A stretch of DNA of 64,000 nucleotides from Candidatus Cryptobacteroides pullicola (GCA_018711725.1 DVHX01000014.1:16184-80183); one strand, 5' to 3'. Positions 18,531-29,101 are shown, counted from the first letter of the stretch. Notes: generated from the sequence alone by a model not told the origin. Numbers and translations are program-made.

Positions 18531-19501
18531 CAAGGGAAGATATCATATCGTATCTGGAACCTTTCTGGGGCCGGACGCTTTCTTTCATGAAGGAGGCGCT
18601 CAGGAGCGACGTGCCGCTGCTCGATTCGGTCAACGAGTCCGTGGCCGGAGCTTCCGGCAAGATGCTCCGCCCCATGATGAGCCTGCTCGTGGCCAGGGCG
18701 ATAGGGACTCCTAACGACGACAGCTGCCGCTACGCCTCGGCCTGCGAACTGCTGCACAATGCCACGCTTATGCACGACGACGTGGCCGACGAGAGTTCCA
18801 GGCGCCGCGGAAGGCCTACGGTGTCGGCCCTGCTGGGTCCGTCGGCCGCGGTGCTGGTAGGGGATTTCTGGCTCTCCAAGGCCGTCGAGCTGGCCGCGAA
18901 CTCACAGCACTTCGTCAAGGTGGTCAAGATCTTCTCTAAGAGTCTCACGGACCTCGCGGAGGGCGAGATGTTCCAAATGGAGAAGGCGGGCAGCTGCGAC
19001 ACCGACGAGGAAGACTATTACCGCATAATAAAATGCAAGACGGCGTCGCTCTTCGAGGCGGCGGGCGTCTCCGGAGCCTGCTCGGTCGATGCAGGCGAGG
19101 CCGAGGTCGAGGCTGTGCGCAATTTCAGCGTACTTTACGGCATGGCCTTCCAGATAAAGGACGACATACTGGACTATACCGGTACCGACGAGCTCGGCAA
19201 GCCTCTCGGAGTCGACCTCCGGGAGAAGAAGATCACCCTGCCGCTGCTCGGTGCGCTGAGAAACCTTCCCGAGAGCGAACGGGCGAGGGTCAGGCGCATG
19301 ATATGCGAGGCCGACAAGCGTCCGGAATACTGCCGGCAGCTCAGGGAGCTTACCCTTTCTTCCGGAGGAATAGAGTATGCGCTAGCCAGGCTCGACGAGT
19401 TCGTGGGCCGTGCGATAGAGGCTCTCGGCGCATTCGCCGACACTCCGGCCAGGGAATGCCTGGTGTACATAGCAAGGCAGAACGCACACAGGAGGATATG
19501 A
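18527..19501 (+). CDS. Polyprenyl diphosphate synthase (IspB-like, long chain)
   Basis: GKMLRP, ELLHNATLMHDDVAD, RRGRPT, FQIKDDILD; GTG start overlapping the LOG stop. Confidence 0.9.
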   Translation: MTREDIISYLEPFWGRTLSFMKEALRSDVPLLDSVNESVAGASGKMLRPMMSLLVARAIGTPNDDSCRYASACELLHNATLMHDDVADESSRRRGRPTVSALLGPSAAVLVGDFWLSKAVELAANSQHFVKVVKIFSKSLTDLAEGEMFQMEKAGSCDTDEEDYYRIIKCKTASLFEAAGVSGACSVDAGEAEVEAVRNFSVLYGMAFQIKDDILDYTGTDELGKPLGVDLREKKITLPLLGALRNLPESERARVRRMICEADKRPEYCRQLRELTLSSGGIEYALARLDEFVGRAIEALGAFADTPARECLVYIARQNAHRRI

Positions 19502-20484
19502 ATTTTTCGCAGGTGAAAGGGAACCGTGAGGTGGTCAGGACCCTCGTCTCCATGGTGGATTCCGGCAGGATTCCCCACGCCGTCATGTTCCACGAGGAGG
19601 ATGGCGGAGAGGCGTTCCCGCTGTGCCTTGCGCTGCTCAGCTATCTCTACTGCCGCAATCGCGCGCATTCCGACAGCTGCTCGCAGTGCCCGTCCTGCAA
19701 CCGTATAGACAAGCTCATACATCCCGACGTGCATTTCATCTTCCCTACCGCGTCGTCTGCCCTGACCGGGCAGTATATGGCGCAGCTGCGCGGACTGGTT
19801 TCGGAGAAGCTGCCCTTTACCGAAGACGACGTGTGCTCGGCGTTCGGCATAGAGGGGAAGAGGCAGATCATTGCGGTGGGCGAGGCCAGGCACCTGCTCG
19901 ATTCCCTGTCGGTGACGGCCCTGGAGGGAGGATACCGCTCCGTGGTGATATACCTTCCGGAGAAGATGAACGCCGAGGCGGCCAACAGACTGCTCAAGAT
20001 AGTGGAGGAACCGCCGCAGCTGACCCTGTTCCTGATGATAACCCACCACCCCGAGCAGGTGCTCCAGACCATATCCTCACGCTGCCTGCACATACAGGTG
20101 GAGCGTGCGGGAACCGTCGGTCCGGCCGTGACCTTCCAGTCTCCCGAACTCTTCGACGCACTGATGGACGCGCTCTGCTCGCGCGACCTGCTCTCATGCC
20201 AGGAGGCGGCCGACAGACTTTCTGCGCTTCCCTCGCGCGAGGATGCCAAAGCTTTTTGTAAATTTGCAGCATATAGGCTGCGCCATATCTTCCTTGCCCA
20301 GCAGGGGCTGCCCCTTCCTCCGGATGCGGGCGCGCAGGTTGCCCGCTGGGCTCCGCTCTGCAGGAAAAGCTTCCCGCGCAACGCGCTCGGGGTGCTCGAC
20401 AGGGCCTCGCGGATGCTCGACCTCAACGTGAACGTCAAGATCCTGTTCGCGGATATGGCGGATAAACTGTTTTTGTATATATGA
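19498..20484 (+). CDS. holB: DNA polymerase III subunit delta'
   Basis: GRIPHAVMF, CSQCPSC, HPDVHF, NAEAANRLLKIVEEPP, LQTISSRC; start placed at MNFSQV. Confidence 0.88.
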   Translation: MNFSQVKGNREVVRTLVSMVDSGRIPHAVMFHEEDGGEAFPLCLALLSYLYCRNRAHSDSCSQCPSCNRIDKLIHPDVHFIFPTASSALTGQYMAQLRGLVSEKLPFTEDDVCSAFGIEGKRQIIAVGEARHLLDSLSVTALEGGYRSVVIYLPEKMNAEAANRLLKIVEEPPQLTLFLMITHHPEQVLQTISSRCLHIQVERAGTVGPAVTFQSPELFDALMDALCSRDLLSCQEAADRLSALPSREDAKAFCKFAAYRLRHIFLAQQGLPLPPDAGAQVARWAPLCRKSFPRNALGVLDRASRMLDLNVNVKILFADMADKLFLYI

Positions 20485-21674
20485 ACAACGAATCGATACA
20501 ATACGATTGTTCCAGGGGCTGTGTCGTGACCCACGACAGGCATACGGGCGAGACCAGCTGCACCTATCGTGCCGGATGCTGCAAGCTCGGCGACTACAAC
20601 TGGCTCAAGGATGCTGCCGACGGCTCCTACAAGGACCTTTTCGAGGTGCGCTTCAAGAACACGCGGAAAGGGATATATGTCAACGACTCCTCACAGAACA
20701 TCAGGATAGGGGACATGGTGATGGTCGAGGCCGCGACAGGACTCGACCTCGGCATAGTGACCCTCGAGGGCCCTATCGTCGGGCGGCAGATGAAATCCAA
20801 GGGCATAGACCCCGGGACAGCCGCGTTCAGGAAGATATACCGCAAGGCGCGCCAGTCCGACATCGAACGCTGGCAGAACGCCATAGCCAGGGAGCAGGAG
20901 ACCATGATCAAGGCCCGCAGCATCGCGGCCGAGATGGGTCTCGAGATGAAGATAGGCGATGTCGAGTTCCAGGGCGACGGGACCAAGGCTATATTCTATT
21001 ATATCGCCGACGGCAGGGTGGACTTCCGCCAGCTGATCAAGGCGTTCGCGGAGGAGTTCCGCATACGGATAGAGATGAAGCAGATAGGCGCGCGCCAGGA
21101 GGCCGGGCTCATCGGAGGCCTGGGAATCTGCGGCCGCGAGCTCTGCTGCGCCAACTACATCTCCTCGTTCCAGAGCATCTCGACTTCCGCCGCCCGCGTC
21201 CAGGACCTGTCGCTCAACCCCCAGAAGCTCGCAGGACAGTGCGGAAAGCTCAAGTGCTGCCTGAATTACGAGGTTCCGGCATATCTCGACGCCCAGTCGC
21301 GCATTCCCAGGCTGTCCGGCCCGCTGGAGCTCGAGGACGGCCAGGCCTACCTGCGGAAGACCGACATCCTGTCCGAGACGATGTACTTCTCGTATGACAG
21401 GACTTCCGACGCCAACCTCTATCCTCTCCCTGCCTCCAGGGTCAGGGAAATACTTAAGATGAACCAGGCGGGCGAGAAGCCCGGGTCGCTGCAGGGTGCT
21501 CCCAAGCGCCAGGCGTCTCCGGAGTTCGTCACCGCCGTTGGAGACGACAGTATCAGCCGTTTCGACACGCCTAAGCGCAGGAAACCACGCGGAGGGAAGG
21601 GCAGGCAGGCCCAGTCCAGGGGAGGCGCTCCCCGCCGCAGGCCCCAGCAGAAGGCCCAGGCCAAGGAGAAATGA
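20481..21674 (+). CDS. PSP1 domain protein (YaaT/RicT family)
   Basis: RVDFRQLIK, RIEMKQIGARQEAGLIGGLGICGRELCC, KLAGQCGKLKCCL. Confidence 0.9.
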   Translation: MNNESIQYDCSRGCVVTHDRHTGETSCTYRAGCCKLGDYNWLKDAADGSYKDLFEVRFKNTRKGIYVNDSSQNIRIGDMVMVEAATGLDLGIVTLEGPIVGRQMKSKGIDPGTAAFRKIYRKARQSDIERWQNAIAREQETMIKARSIAAEMGLEMKIGDVEFQGDGTKAIFYYIADGRVDFRQLIKAFAEEFRIRIEMKQIGARQEAGLIGGLGICGRELCCANYISSFQSISTSAARVQDLSLNPQKLAGQCGKLKCCLNYEVPAYLDAQSRIPRLSGPLELEDGQAYLRKTDILSETMYFSYDRTSDANLYPLPASRVREILKMNQAGEKPGSLQGAPKRQASPEFVTAVGDDSISRFDTPKRRKPRGGKGRQAQSRGGAPRRRPQQKAQAKEK

Positions 21675-22108
21675 CATCCTTTTTCCGCAGTTGGATACTC
21701 TTTCCTGCCTGCGTGCTGACGCTCGTCGCCGGAGCCTGCGCGAAACCGTCGGTGCAGGAGCAGTTCGTGCGTTCCGACGAGGCCCGCATGGGGGTGTATG
21801 CCTTCGAGCTTGACCTCGACTCATCTTCCCGGAGCTACGACATATATCTGTATTCCTCGACCGTCCTCGACACGCGGCTCGACGAGGTGCGGCTGGACGT
21901 GCAGTGGATATCGCCTTCCGGCGGGGCCGCCTCGGAGACGGTATATCTCCGCGATGTCTGCAAGCGGGGCGTGAAGGAGCTGTACCGCAGCGGCGTGGAG
22001 CCCGACGAGAGAGGCGTGTGGCGGTTGAGGGTCAAGGTGTATGATCCGGGCGACGACCTTACGGGGCTCGGAATAATATGTGAATCCCATGGGACACGAC
22101 AAACTTAG
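21671..22108 (+). CDS. GldH-like lipoprotein
   Basis: Lipobox VAGAC, size about 145 aa, C-terminal GLGII; position after holB-PSP1 as in other Bacteroidales. Confidence 0.55.
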   Translation: MTSFFRSWILFPACVLTLVAGACAKPSVQEQFVRSDEARMGVYAFELDLDSSSRSYDIYLYSSTVLDTRLDEVRLDVQWISPSGGAASETVYLRDVCKRGVKELYRSGVEPDERGVWRLRVKVYDPGDDLTGLGIICESHGTRQT

Positions 22109-22931
22109 GAAATTCGCCGAGAACGAGACTTTCGGATGCCTTGTGCAGGCGTCCTCCGCCGAGCTGCTCGTGGACGGATACGAGAATCTCAGGGACCACC
22201 CGATGAAAGGCAGGTGGAGGGAGCGCATGTTCCCCATGCAGGGCCCCGACGCCCCGCTCGTGCTTGAACTCGGCTGCGGCAAGGGCGAGTACACCATAGA
22301 CCTTGCGCAGAGGTTCCCGGACTCCGATTTCATAGGCGTGGATATCAAAGGGGCGAGACTGTGGAAAGGTGCGAAGCATGTGCACACCCACGGGGTGCCC
22401 AACGCAGCGTTCCTGCGCGCCAGGATAGAGTTCATAAAGGCGTTCTTCGCTCCTGGAGAGGTGTCGGAACTGTGGCTGACATTTTCCGACCCCCAGTTCC
22501 GCAGCGAGAACTCCCGCCTGACTTCCCCGATGTTCCTCGAACGCTACCGTTCTTTCCTGAAGGAGGGTGGTGTCGTGCATCTGAAGACGGACTCCCGCTT
22601 CCTGCACGAGTATACGAAAGCCGTGTGCAGGGTCAACGGCCTCGAGCTCCTCGCCTGCACCGATGACCTGTACTCGGAGCGTTCCCGGGCGGCACTTGCG
22701 GGAAAGGCCGGCGCGGAACTCTACGAAGTGCAGACCTTCTACGAGAAGATGTTCCTCGCCCAGGGATATAGGATCACGTACCTGAGCTTCGTCATCGACC
22801 ATGACGGGGACTATCTGTATCCGCGCAGGCCGGAGGACTTCGATCCGGACTACTGGCGCAGCGTGGAGGGACCCCGCCTGCTCTTCGGCCGGGACTCCGC
22901 GGAGACCCGCCGGCAGAAGATGAAGGGATAG
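22089..22931 (+). CDS. trmB: tRNA (guanine-N7)-methyltransferase
   Basis: VLELGCGKGEY, GVDIKGARLW, FSDPQ, HLKTDS, QTFYEK. Confidence 0.95.
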   Translation: MGHDKLRKFAENETFGCLVQASSAELLVDGYENLRDHPMKGRWRERMFPMQGPDAPLVLELGCGKGEYTIDLAQRFPDSDFIGVDIKGARLWKGAKHVHTHGVPNAAFLRARIEFIKAFFAPGEVSELWLTFSDPQFRSENSRLTSPMFLERYRSFLKEGGVVHLKTDSRFLHEYTKAVCRVNGLELLACTDDLYSERSRAALAGKAGAELYEVQTFYEKMFLAQGYRITYLSFVIDHDGDYLYPRRPEDFDPDYWRSVEGPRLLFGRDSAETRRQKMKG

Positions 22932-22954
22932 GGACACTACTGGAGAAATTTTAC

Positions 22955-22962
22955 TATCTTTG
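22955..22962 (+). promoter_or_regulatory. -7 promoter element TATCTTTG for metK
   Basis: Exact match 13 nt upstream of the riboswitch-like element. Confidence 0.65.
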
Positions 22963-22975
22963 CCGTCCAAACCAA

Positions 22976-23025
22976 GCGAGGAGAGATTTGACTGCTTGCA
23001 ACCTCGCACAAAAAAATGCTAAAAT
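22976..23025 (+). ncRNA. SAM-II (SAM_alpha)-like riboswitch in the metK leader
   Basis: P1 GCGAGG/CCUCGC; L1 GAUUU; UUGCA pairing with UGC[U]AA (bulged U); A-rich L3; ends at the metK AUG. Confidence 0.75.
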
Positions 23026-24261
23026 ATGAACTATCTTTTTACGTCGGAGTCAGTCTCCGAAGGTCATCCCGACAAGGTCGCCGACCAGATTTCAGATGCA
23101 ATTCTCGATGAGTTCCTCCGCCAGGACCCCGAATCCAAGGTGGCCTGCGAGACTTTCTGCACCGCAGGACTCGTAGTCGTGGGCGGAGAAGTACGCTCGG
23201 ACCATGCCTATGTGGACATCCCCGCCGTGGCGCGCCGCGTCATAGGCAGGATAGGCTACAACAAGGCCGAATACGGATTCGACGCCTCCTCGTGCGGGGT
23301 GATCTCCACCATTCACGAGCAGAGTGCCGATATAAACAGGGGCGTCGTGCGCAGCCTCCCCGAAGAGCAGGGTGCGGGCGACCAGGGCATGATGTTCGGC
23401 TATGCCGTGATAGACACGGACGAATACATGCCCCTCGCGCTGTCGGTCTCCCACAAGCTGCTGCAGGTGCTCGCCGACATCCGGCACAACGAGCCTGCAC
23501 TTATGCCCTATCTAAGGCCTGACGCCAAGGCGCAGGTGACAGTCGAGTTCTCGCGCAAGCACTGCCCCGTCAGGATACATACCATAGTCGTCAGCACGCA
23601 GCATGACGAGTTCGACACGGACGAGGCCATGCACGGCCGCATTGAAAACGACATCCGCACCATAGTGATCCCGAGGCTCATATCGTCCCTGCCTTCAAGG
23701 ACTGCGGCCCTTTTCGACGACAGGTTCATCCTGCATGTCAACCCTACGGGCAAGTTCGTCATCGGCGGTCCTGCGGGTGACACCGGACTTACCGGGCGCA
23801 AGATAATCGTGGATACCTACGGCGGGCGCGGGGCGCACGGCGGCGGAGCGTTCTCCGGCAAGGACCCCTCCAAGGTCGACCGTTCGGCGGCGTACGCGGC
23901 AAGGCATATCGCCAAGAACCTCGTCGCGGCGGGCGCGGCCAAGGAGTGCCTGGTGCAGGTGGCATACGCAATCGGAGTCGCCGAGCCCGTCAGCATCTTC
24001 GTCGACACCTACGGTACGGCTTCCGTTCCCGGATATGAGGGACAGCAGGCCGACTCGTATATAGCTTCCAGGATAGGGAAACTGTTCGACATGCGTCCGG
24101 CTGCGATAATCGAACGCTTCGCCCTCAAGAATCCCATTTACGAGCCCTGTGCATCGTACGGCCACATGGGCCGCGAGCCTTATGTCAGGGACGGGATGCA
24201 GTTCTTCGGCTGGGAAAGGCTCGATGCCGTGGAACTCATCAGGGAAGAGTTCCGCCTGTAA
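23026..24261 (+). CDS. metK: S-adenosylmethionine synthetase
   Basis: FTSESVSEGHPDK, GAGDQGMMFGYA, GLTGRKIIVDTYGG, GGGAFSGKDPSKVDRS. Confidence 0.98.
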   Translation: MNYLFTSESVSEGHPDKVADQISDAILDEFLRQDPESKVACETFCTAGLVVVGGEVRSDHAYVDIPAVARRVIGRIGYNKAEYGFDASSCGVISTIHEQSADINRGVVRSLPEEQGAGDQGMMFGYAVIDTDEYMPLALSVSHKLLQVLADIRHNEPALMPYLRPDAKAQVTVEFSRKHCPVRIHTIVVSTQHDEFDTDEAMHGRIENDIRTIVIPRLISSLPSRTAALFDDRFILHVNPTGKFVIGGPAGDTGLTGRKIIVDTYGGRGAHGGGAFSGKDPSKVDRSAAYAARHIAKNLVAAGAAKECLVQVAYAIGVAEPVSIFVDTYGTASVPGYEGQQADSYIASRIGKLFDMRPAAIIERFALKNPIYEPCASYGHMGREPYVRDGMQFFGWERLDAVELIREEFRL

Positions 24262-24288
24262 GGGAAAACCGCTATCTTTGACGGAGCC

Positions 24289-24744
24289 ATGGCAAGGGAA
24301 AAACAGCGCAGGGTGCAGATAAACAACAAGAAGGCCGCGTTCGAATACGAGTTCCTCGAAGAGTACGACGCCGGCATAGTACTCGTGGGCACGGAGATCA
24401 AGTCTATCCGCGCCGGCAAGGCCTCGCTCCAGGATGCCTACTGCTATTTCTCGGGCGGGGAGCTGTATGTGCGCGGAATGAATGTCGCCACCTATTTCTG
24501 GGCTTCTGCCTGGAGCAGCCACGAGCCGATGCGCGACCGCAAGCTGCTGCTCACAAGGCGCGAGCTCAGGCATCTCGCGCAGGCCGTCAAGACCAAGGGG
24601 CTCACGATAGTCGCCACGCGCCTCTATATTTCGGCAGAGGGCTACGCCAAGTTGCACATCGCCCTCGCGAAAGGCAAGAAGGAGTACGACAAGCGGGCCA
24701 GCATAAAGGAGAAGGACATACGCCGCGAACTGGAACGGGGATAG
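24289..24744 (+). CDS. smpB: SsrA-binding protein
   Basis: NKKAAFEY, AGIVLVGTEIKSIR, RKLLL, KGKKEYDKR; TATCTTTG at 24273-24280. Confidence 0.97.
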   Translation: MAREKQRRVQINNKKAAFEYEFLEEYDAGIVLVGTEIKSIRAGKASLQDAYCYFSGGELYVRGMNVATYFWASAWSSHEPMRDRKLLLTRRELRHLAQAVKTKGLTIVATRLYISAEGYAKLHIALAKGKKEYDKRASIKEKDIRRELERG

Positions 24745-24758
24745 ACGGGTATCATCTT

Positions 24759-25580
24759 ATGCTCAACGGCATGCCAGAGAGGAAATCCATACCGGCAGAA
24801 CTTCCCGCGCCCGAAGTCATCGACGTCGGGGCTCTGGGGCGGGACTACTGCTGCGGCCGGGTCGACCTCATAGTCGTGCTCGGCCCCACGGCCTCCGGGA
24901 AGACGCGCTATGCCGTAAGCCTCGCAAAGGCGCTCGGCAGAGCCGAAATCATCTCCGCCGACTCGCGCCAGGTCTACCGCGGCATGGACATAGGCACAGG
25001 TAAGGATCTCTGCGAATACGGGGACATCCCCTATCATCTGATAGACATCGCCGATCCGGGCGACGGCTACAATGTCTACCGCTTCGTGGAGGATTTCAAG
25101 CAGGCCTATGCGCAGATACGCTCGCGCGGCGCCGTGCCCATACTCTGTGGCGGCACTGGCCTCTATATCAACGCCGTCACCGCAGGCTACGATTTCAGGG
25201 AACGCACCCCTCTCAGTGCGGAGAGACGGCACGGCCGCACGGTGGCTGACGGACTTCCGTCCAAGCCGTATTTCATAGGGACGCTCGTGAGCCGCGAAGT
25301 GCGCAACGCAAGGATAGACCGCCGGCTCGACGCCAGGCTCGAGGAAGGCATGGTGGACGAGATACGCGGCCTGCTCGAAGGCGGCGTGCCGGCCGAGACG
25401 CTGATTTCCTACGGACTTGAATACAAGTTCGTGACCCTCTACCTCACCGGCCGGCTCGGCTACGGACAGATGCGCGAGAAACTCGCCACCGCCATACACC
25501 AGTTCGCCAAGCGGCAGATGACCTGGTTCCGCGGCATGGAGCGCTCCGGCGCGCTCATCCACTGGACGGAAGTGCGGTAA
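24759..25580 (+). CDS. miaA: tRNA dimethylallyltransferase
   Basis: LGPTASGKT, IISADSRQVYRGMDIGTGK, GGTGLY, FAKRQMTWF. Confidence 0.92.
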   Translation: MLNGMPERKSIPAELPAPEVIDVGALGRDYCCGRVDLIVVLGPTASGKTRYAVSLAKALGRAEIISADSRQVYRGMDIGTGKDLCEYGDIPYHLIDIADPGDGYNVYRFVEDFKQAYAQIRSRGAVPILCGGTGLYINAVTAGYDFRERTPLSAERRHGRTVADGLPSKPYFIGTLVSREVRNARIDRRLDARLEEGMVDEIRGLLEGGVPAETLISYGLEYKFVTLYLTGRLGYGQMREKLATAIHQFAKRQMTWFRGMERSGALIHWTEVR

Positions 25581-25675
25581 AGACAGAAATTGATAATTTA
25601 TAGGAAAAGGGCATCCTTTGGGCAAATTCATTAAAATTTAACATCCGATTGGTTGCTTGATAGAAAGGAAAACGC

Positions 25676-25744
25676 TACCTTTGCCGCCGAAAATCTAGTT
25701 TAGTAGGCAGTGTATTTGAATTCTGATAAAATACCCTATCTTTG
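25676..25744 (+). promoter_or_regulatory. Two tandem -7 promoter elements upstream of the TonB-dependent receptor
   Basis: TACCTTTG at 25676-25683 and TATCTTTG at 25737-25744. Confidence 0.55.
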
Positions 25745-25780
25745 CGCTGGGCAATTTAGTTTTCTAATTATAAAAACAGT

Positions 25781-28700
25781 ATGAAAAAAACCATCAAAAG
25801 TCTATTGCTGTCTTTAGCGGCGATGCTTTTCGTTGTCTCTGCTTCGGCTCAGGTAACGACCTCCGCGTTGAACGGTAGGATCGCCGACGAGAACGGAGAG
25901 ACGATTCCGGGAGCGACCGTAATCGCCACCCACACGCCTTCAGGCACCCAGTACTATGCTGTGGCCAATGCCGAAGGCCGTTTCTTTATCAACGGTATGC
26001 GTTCCGGCGGCCCCTACACCGTAGAGGTCAGCTGCCTCGGTTACCAGACCGTTACCTATACCGACATCACCCTCCAGCTCGCGGAGTCATACAACCTCTC
26101 CGCCGACCTGGCTATAGACAACGAGATGCTGAGCGAGGCTATCGTGGTCTCTACGGCTGCGTCAAGGCTCTCCGTAGAGAAGACCGGTGCCGCCACCAAC
26201 ATCTCCAACGACCAGATTACCGCCCTCCCTACCGTAACGAGGAGCATCGAGGACGTGACCAGGCTCTCTCCCTACGGAGGAAACGGAATGACCTTCGCCG
26301 GAGCTGACGGACGTACCGCCAACTTCACCGTCGACGGTGCCAACTTCAACAACAACTTCGGTCTCAACGACGGCCTTCCCGGAGGCGGCAACCCTATCTC
26401 TCTCGACGCAATCGAGGAGCTCCAGGTCGTGATCTCTCCCTATGACGTCCGCCAGACCAACTTCATCGGAGGCGGTGTGAACGCTATCACCAAGTCAGGT
26501 ACCAACACCTTCAAGGGTAGCGCCTATGTATACCACCGCAACGAGAACCTCCGCGGCGATACTATCGCAGGCGAGCAGATCGACGGTGCGCGTGCGGTAG
26601 ACCGCAACACCACCTACGGCTTCACCCTCGGCGGACCTATCGTGAAGAACAAGCTGTTCTTCTTCGTGAACGCCGAATATGTGAAGATCCCTACCATTGC
26701 CAACAGGTGGAGGGCATCCACCGACGGAGTCGCCGTGCCTAACAGCTATATTTCCCGCACTACCGTGGCCGACCTCCAGAAGGTTTCCGACTTCGTCAAG
26801 GAGAAATACGGCTACGATACCGGTTCATACACCGACTTCCCCGCAGACGAGAGCAACCTCAAGCTGCTCGGCCGTATCGACTGGAACATCAACGACAACC
26901 ACAAGCTCGCGCTGAGGTACAACTACACCCTCAACAGGTACTGGCAGTCGCCCAACGCGACTTCCATGGACGGCGGTACCCGTGCGGTAAACGCCAGAAT
27001 GTCACAGGCCAGCATGAGCTACGCCAATTCGATGTATTCGATGGACAATGTCGTAAGCACCGTTTCGCTCGACCTCAACAGCCGTCTTTCCGACAGGCTC
27101 TCCAACCAGCTGCTCGTGACCTACTCCAAGCTTGACGACGTGCGCGGCAGCACCTCCGACGAGTTCCCGTTCATCGACATCCTCAAGGACGGTGACAACT
27201 ACATATCTCTCGGCTACGAGCTGTTCACCTGGAACAACGCCGTCCACAACACCCACTTCAGCGTAAAGGACGACCTCACCTACTTCAGCGGCGACCACAA
27301 GATTACCGGAGGCATCAACTTCGAGTACCAGATGGCCGACAACATCTATATGAGGAACGGTACAGGTTACTACCGCTATTCAAGTCTCGACGACTTCCTC
27401 AACGGAAGGACTCCGGAGATTGTCAACCTCACCTACGGATATGACGGCGAGACCGCTCCTGCGGCAAGGGTTCAGTTCTACAAGGCCGGTATCTACGCCC
27501 AGGACGAGTGGCAGGCTGCCGACAACTTCATGCTCACCTACGGCCTGCGTCTCGACGGACTGTTCTTCAACAACGCCGACCTTATGACCAACAAGGCTAT
27601 CTACGACCTCGGGTATCCCGACGAGAACGGCAATGTCCGCCATATCGATACCGGCAAGTGGCCTACCTCCAAGATCACCCTGTCTCCCCGCGTGGGCTTC
27701 ACCTGGGACATACTCGGTGACAACTCGCTCACTTTCCGCGGCGGTACCGGACTCTTCTCAGGCCGTCTACCTCTCGTGTTCTTCACCAACATGCCTACCA
27801 ACGGCGGTATGGTGCAGTTCCAGGCACAGCTCAACCAGGACAGCCTGACCGAGTTCCTCGAGAAGCAGGGTCAGACTGTTACCAGCAATCCTATGGATAA
27901 TTTCGCCGGCGGTCTCGTTACCGACGAGAACGGCAAGGCTACCGCACAGGCTCTGCTCGACAAGCTCGCAAGCCTCGGCTATCCTACGACTATCAAGCCC
28001 GAGGACGGTGAACTCCCTTCTTCTATCTCTGCGGTAGATCCCCACTTCAAGATGCCTCAGGTATGGAAGACCTCTGTCGCCCTCGACTACGCGTTCCCCA
28101 CTTCGTTCCCCTTCTCTCTCACCGGTGAGTTCATCTACAACAAGACTATCAACGGTGTGACCATTTCCGACTGGAGCATCATGCCTGTCGGCGGATTCGC
28201 AAGGCTCAACGGCGTGGACAACCGCGCGATCTATCCCGATGTGTTCCGTACCGGCACCAAGGCATTCGTGCTCGAGAACACCAACAAGGGTTACGGATAC
28301 TCTGCGAGCGTATCGCTCAACATGAGCCCCATCGAGGGTCTCGACATCATGGCCGCATATACCCACACCATGAGCAAGGAACTCACCGGTATGCCCGGCT
28401 CCAACGCCGAGTCTGCATTCACCTATGTTCCTACCGTCGAGGGCCCCAACAACATCAGGCTCCACAATTCGCAGTATGTGACTCCCGACCGTGTGGTAGC
28501 GTCCCTCACCCATAGCGACAAGAGCGGCAACCACTACAGCTTCATCTACGAGGCGTTCAGGGGCGGTTACAACTACTCTTACATGACTACCAACGACATG
28601 AACGGCGACGGCTATAACTACGATGCCATTTTCATCCCTACGGACGAGCAGGTTGCCAACAACGAGTTCAGGTTCGCTTCGGAGGACGATGCCGCCCGCT

Positions 28701-29101
28701 TCATGGACTTCGTGCACAACGATCCCTACCTGAGCAAGCATCAGGGCCAGTATGCCGAGGCATACAGCGTATACTCTCCCTGGGTCCACAGGCTCGACTT
28801 CAGCTATAAGCACGACTTCAAGGTGAACATCGGAAACACCACCAACGTGCTCCAGCTCAGCCTCGACATCAAGAACCTGCTCAACCTCTTCAACTCCAAC
28901 TGGGGTGTGATGAAGCAGCTCAATCCCGATGCTATCGGCTCGGATGCGCGCATCCTTAACTATGACGGAGTGGACGCCGACGGTTACGCAGTCTTCTCTA
29001 CCCCTTCCGGCATCAACGCCAACACCCAGACCTTCGTTCCCTACCACGGAATCGGACAGTGCTGGTATGCGTCTATCGGAATCAAATACCTGTTCAACTA
29101 A
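25781..29101 (+). CDS. TonB-dependent receptor with N-terminal carboxypeptidase-regulatory-like domain (Oar-like)
   Basis: Signal peptide, GETIPGATV, NFTVDGANFNNNFGL plug region, GGGVNAITKSGTN, terminal YLFN; 1106 aa. Confidence 0.93.
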   Translation: MKKTIKSLLLSLAAMLFVVSASAQVTTSALNGRIADENGETIPGATVIATHTPSGTQYYAVANAEGRFFINGMRSGGPYTVEVSCLGYQTVTYTDITLQLAESYNLSADLAIDNEMLSEAIVVSTAASRLSVEKTGAATNISNDQITALPTVTRSIEDVTRLSPYGGNGMTFAGADGRTANFTVDGANFNNNFGLNDGLPGGGNPISLDAIEELQVVISPYDVRQTNFIGGGVNAITKSGTNTFKGSAYVYHRNENLRGDTIAGEQIDGARAVDRNTTYGFTLGGPIVKNKLFFFVNAEYVKIPTIANRWRASTDGVAVPNSYISRTTVADLQKVSDFVKEKYGYDTGSYTDFPADESNLKLLGRIDWNINDNHKLALRYNYTLNRYWQSPNATSMDGGTRAVNARMSQASMSYANSMYSMDNVVSTVSLDLNSRLSDRLSNQLLVTYSKLDDVRGSTSDEFPFIDILKDGDNYISLGYELFTWNNAVHNTHFSVKDDLTYFSGDHKITGGINFEYQMADNIYMRNGTGYYRYSSLDDFLNGRTPEIVNLTYGYDGETAPAARVQFYKAGIYAQDEWQAADNFMLTYGLRLDGLFFNNADLMTNKAIYDLGYPDENGNVRHIDTGKWPTSKITLSPRVGFTWDILGDNSLTFRGGTGLFSGRLPLVFFTNMPTNGGMVQFQAQLNQDSLTEFLEKQGQTVTSNPMDNFAGGLVTDENGKATAQALLDKLASLGYPTTIKPEDGELPSSISAVDPHFKMPQVWKTSVALDYAFPTSFPFSLTGEFIYNKTINGVTISDWSIMPVGGFARLNGVDNRAIYPDVFRTGTKAFVLENTNKGYGYSASVSLNMSPIEGLDIMAAYTHTMSKELTGMPGSNAESAFTYVPTVEGPNNIRLHNSQYVTPDRVVASLTHSDKSGNHYSFIYEAFRGGYNYSYMTTNDMNGDGYNYDAIFIPTDEQVANNEFRFASEDDAARFMDFVHNDPYLSKHQGQYAEAYSVYSPWVHRLDFSYKHDFKVNIGNTTNVLQLSLDIKNLLNLFNSNWGVMKQLNPDAIGSDARILNYDGVDADGYAVFSTPSGINANTQTFVPYHGIGQCWYASIGIKYLFN

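Noticed and set aside
22800-22931. C-terminal extension on TrmB
   Set aside because: Short and without a recognisable domain; probably lineage variation
24289-24744. Search for tmRNA (ssrA) or tRNA genes near smpB and in the other intergenic gaps
   Set aside because: The gaps are too short or lack tRNA-like arms and CCA signatures
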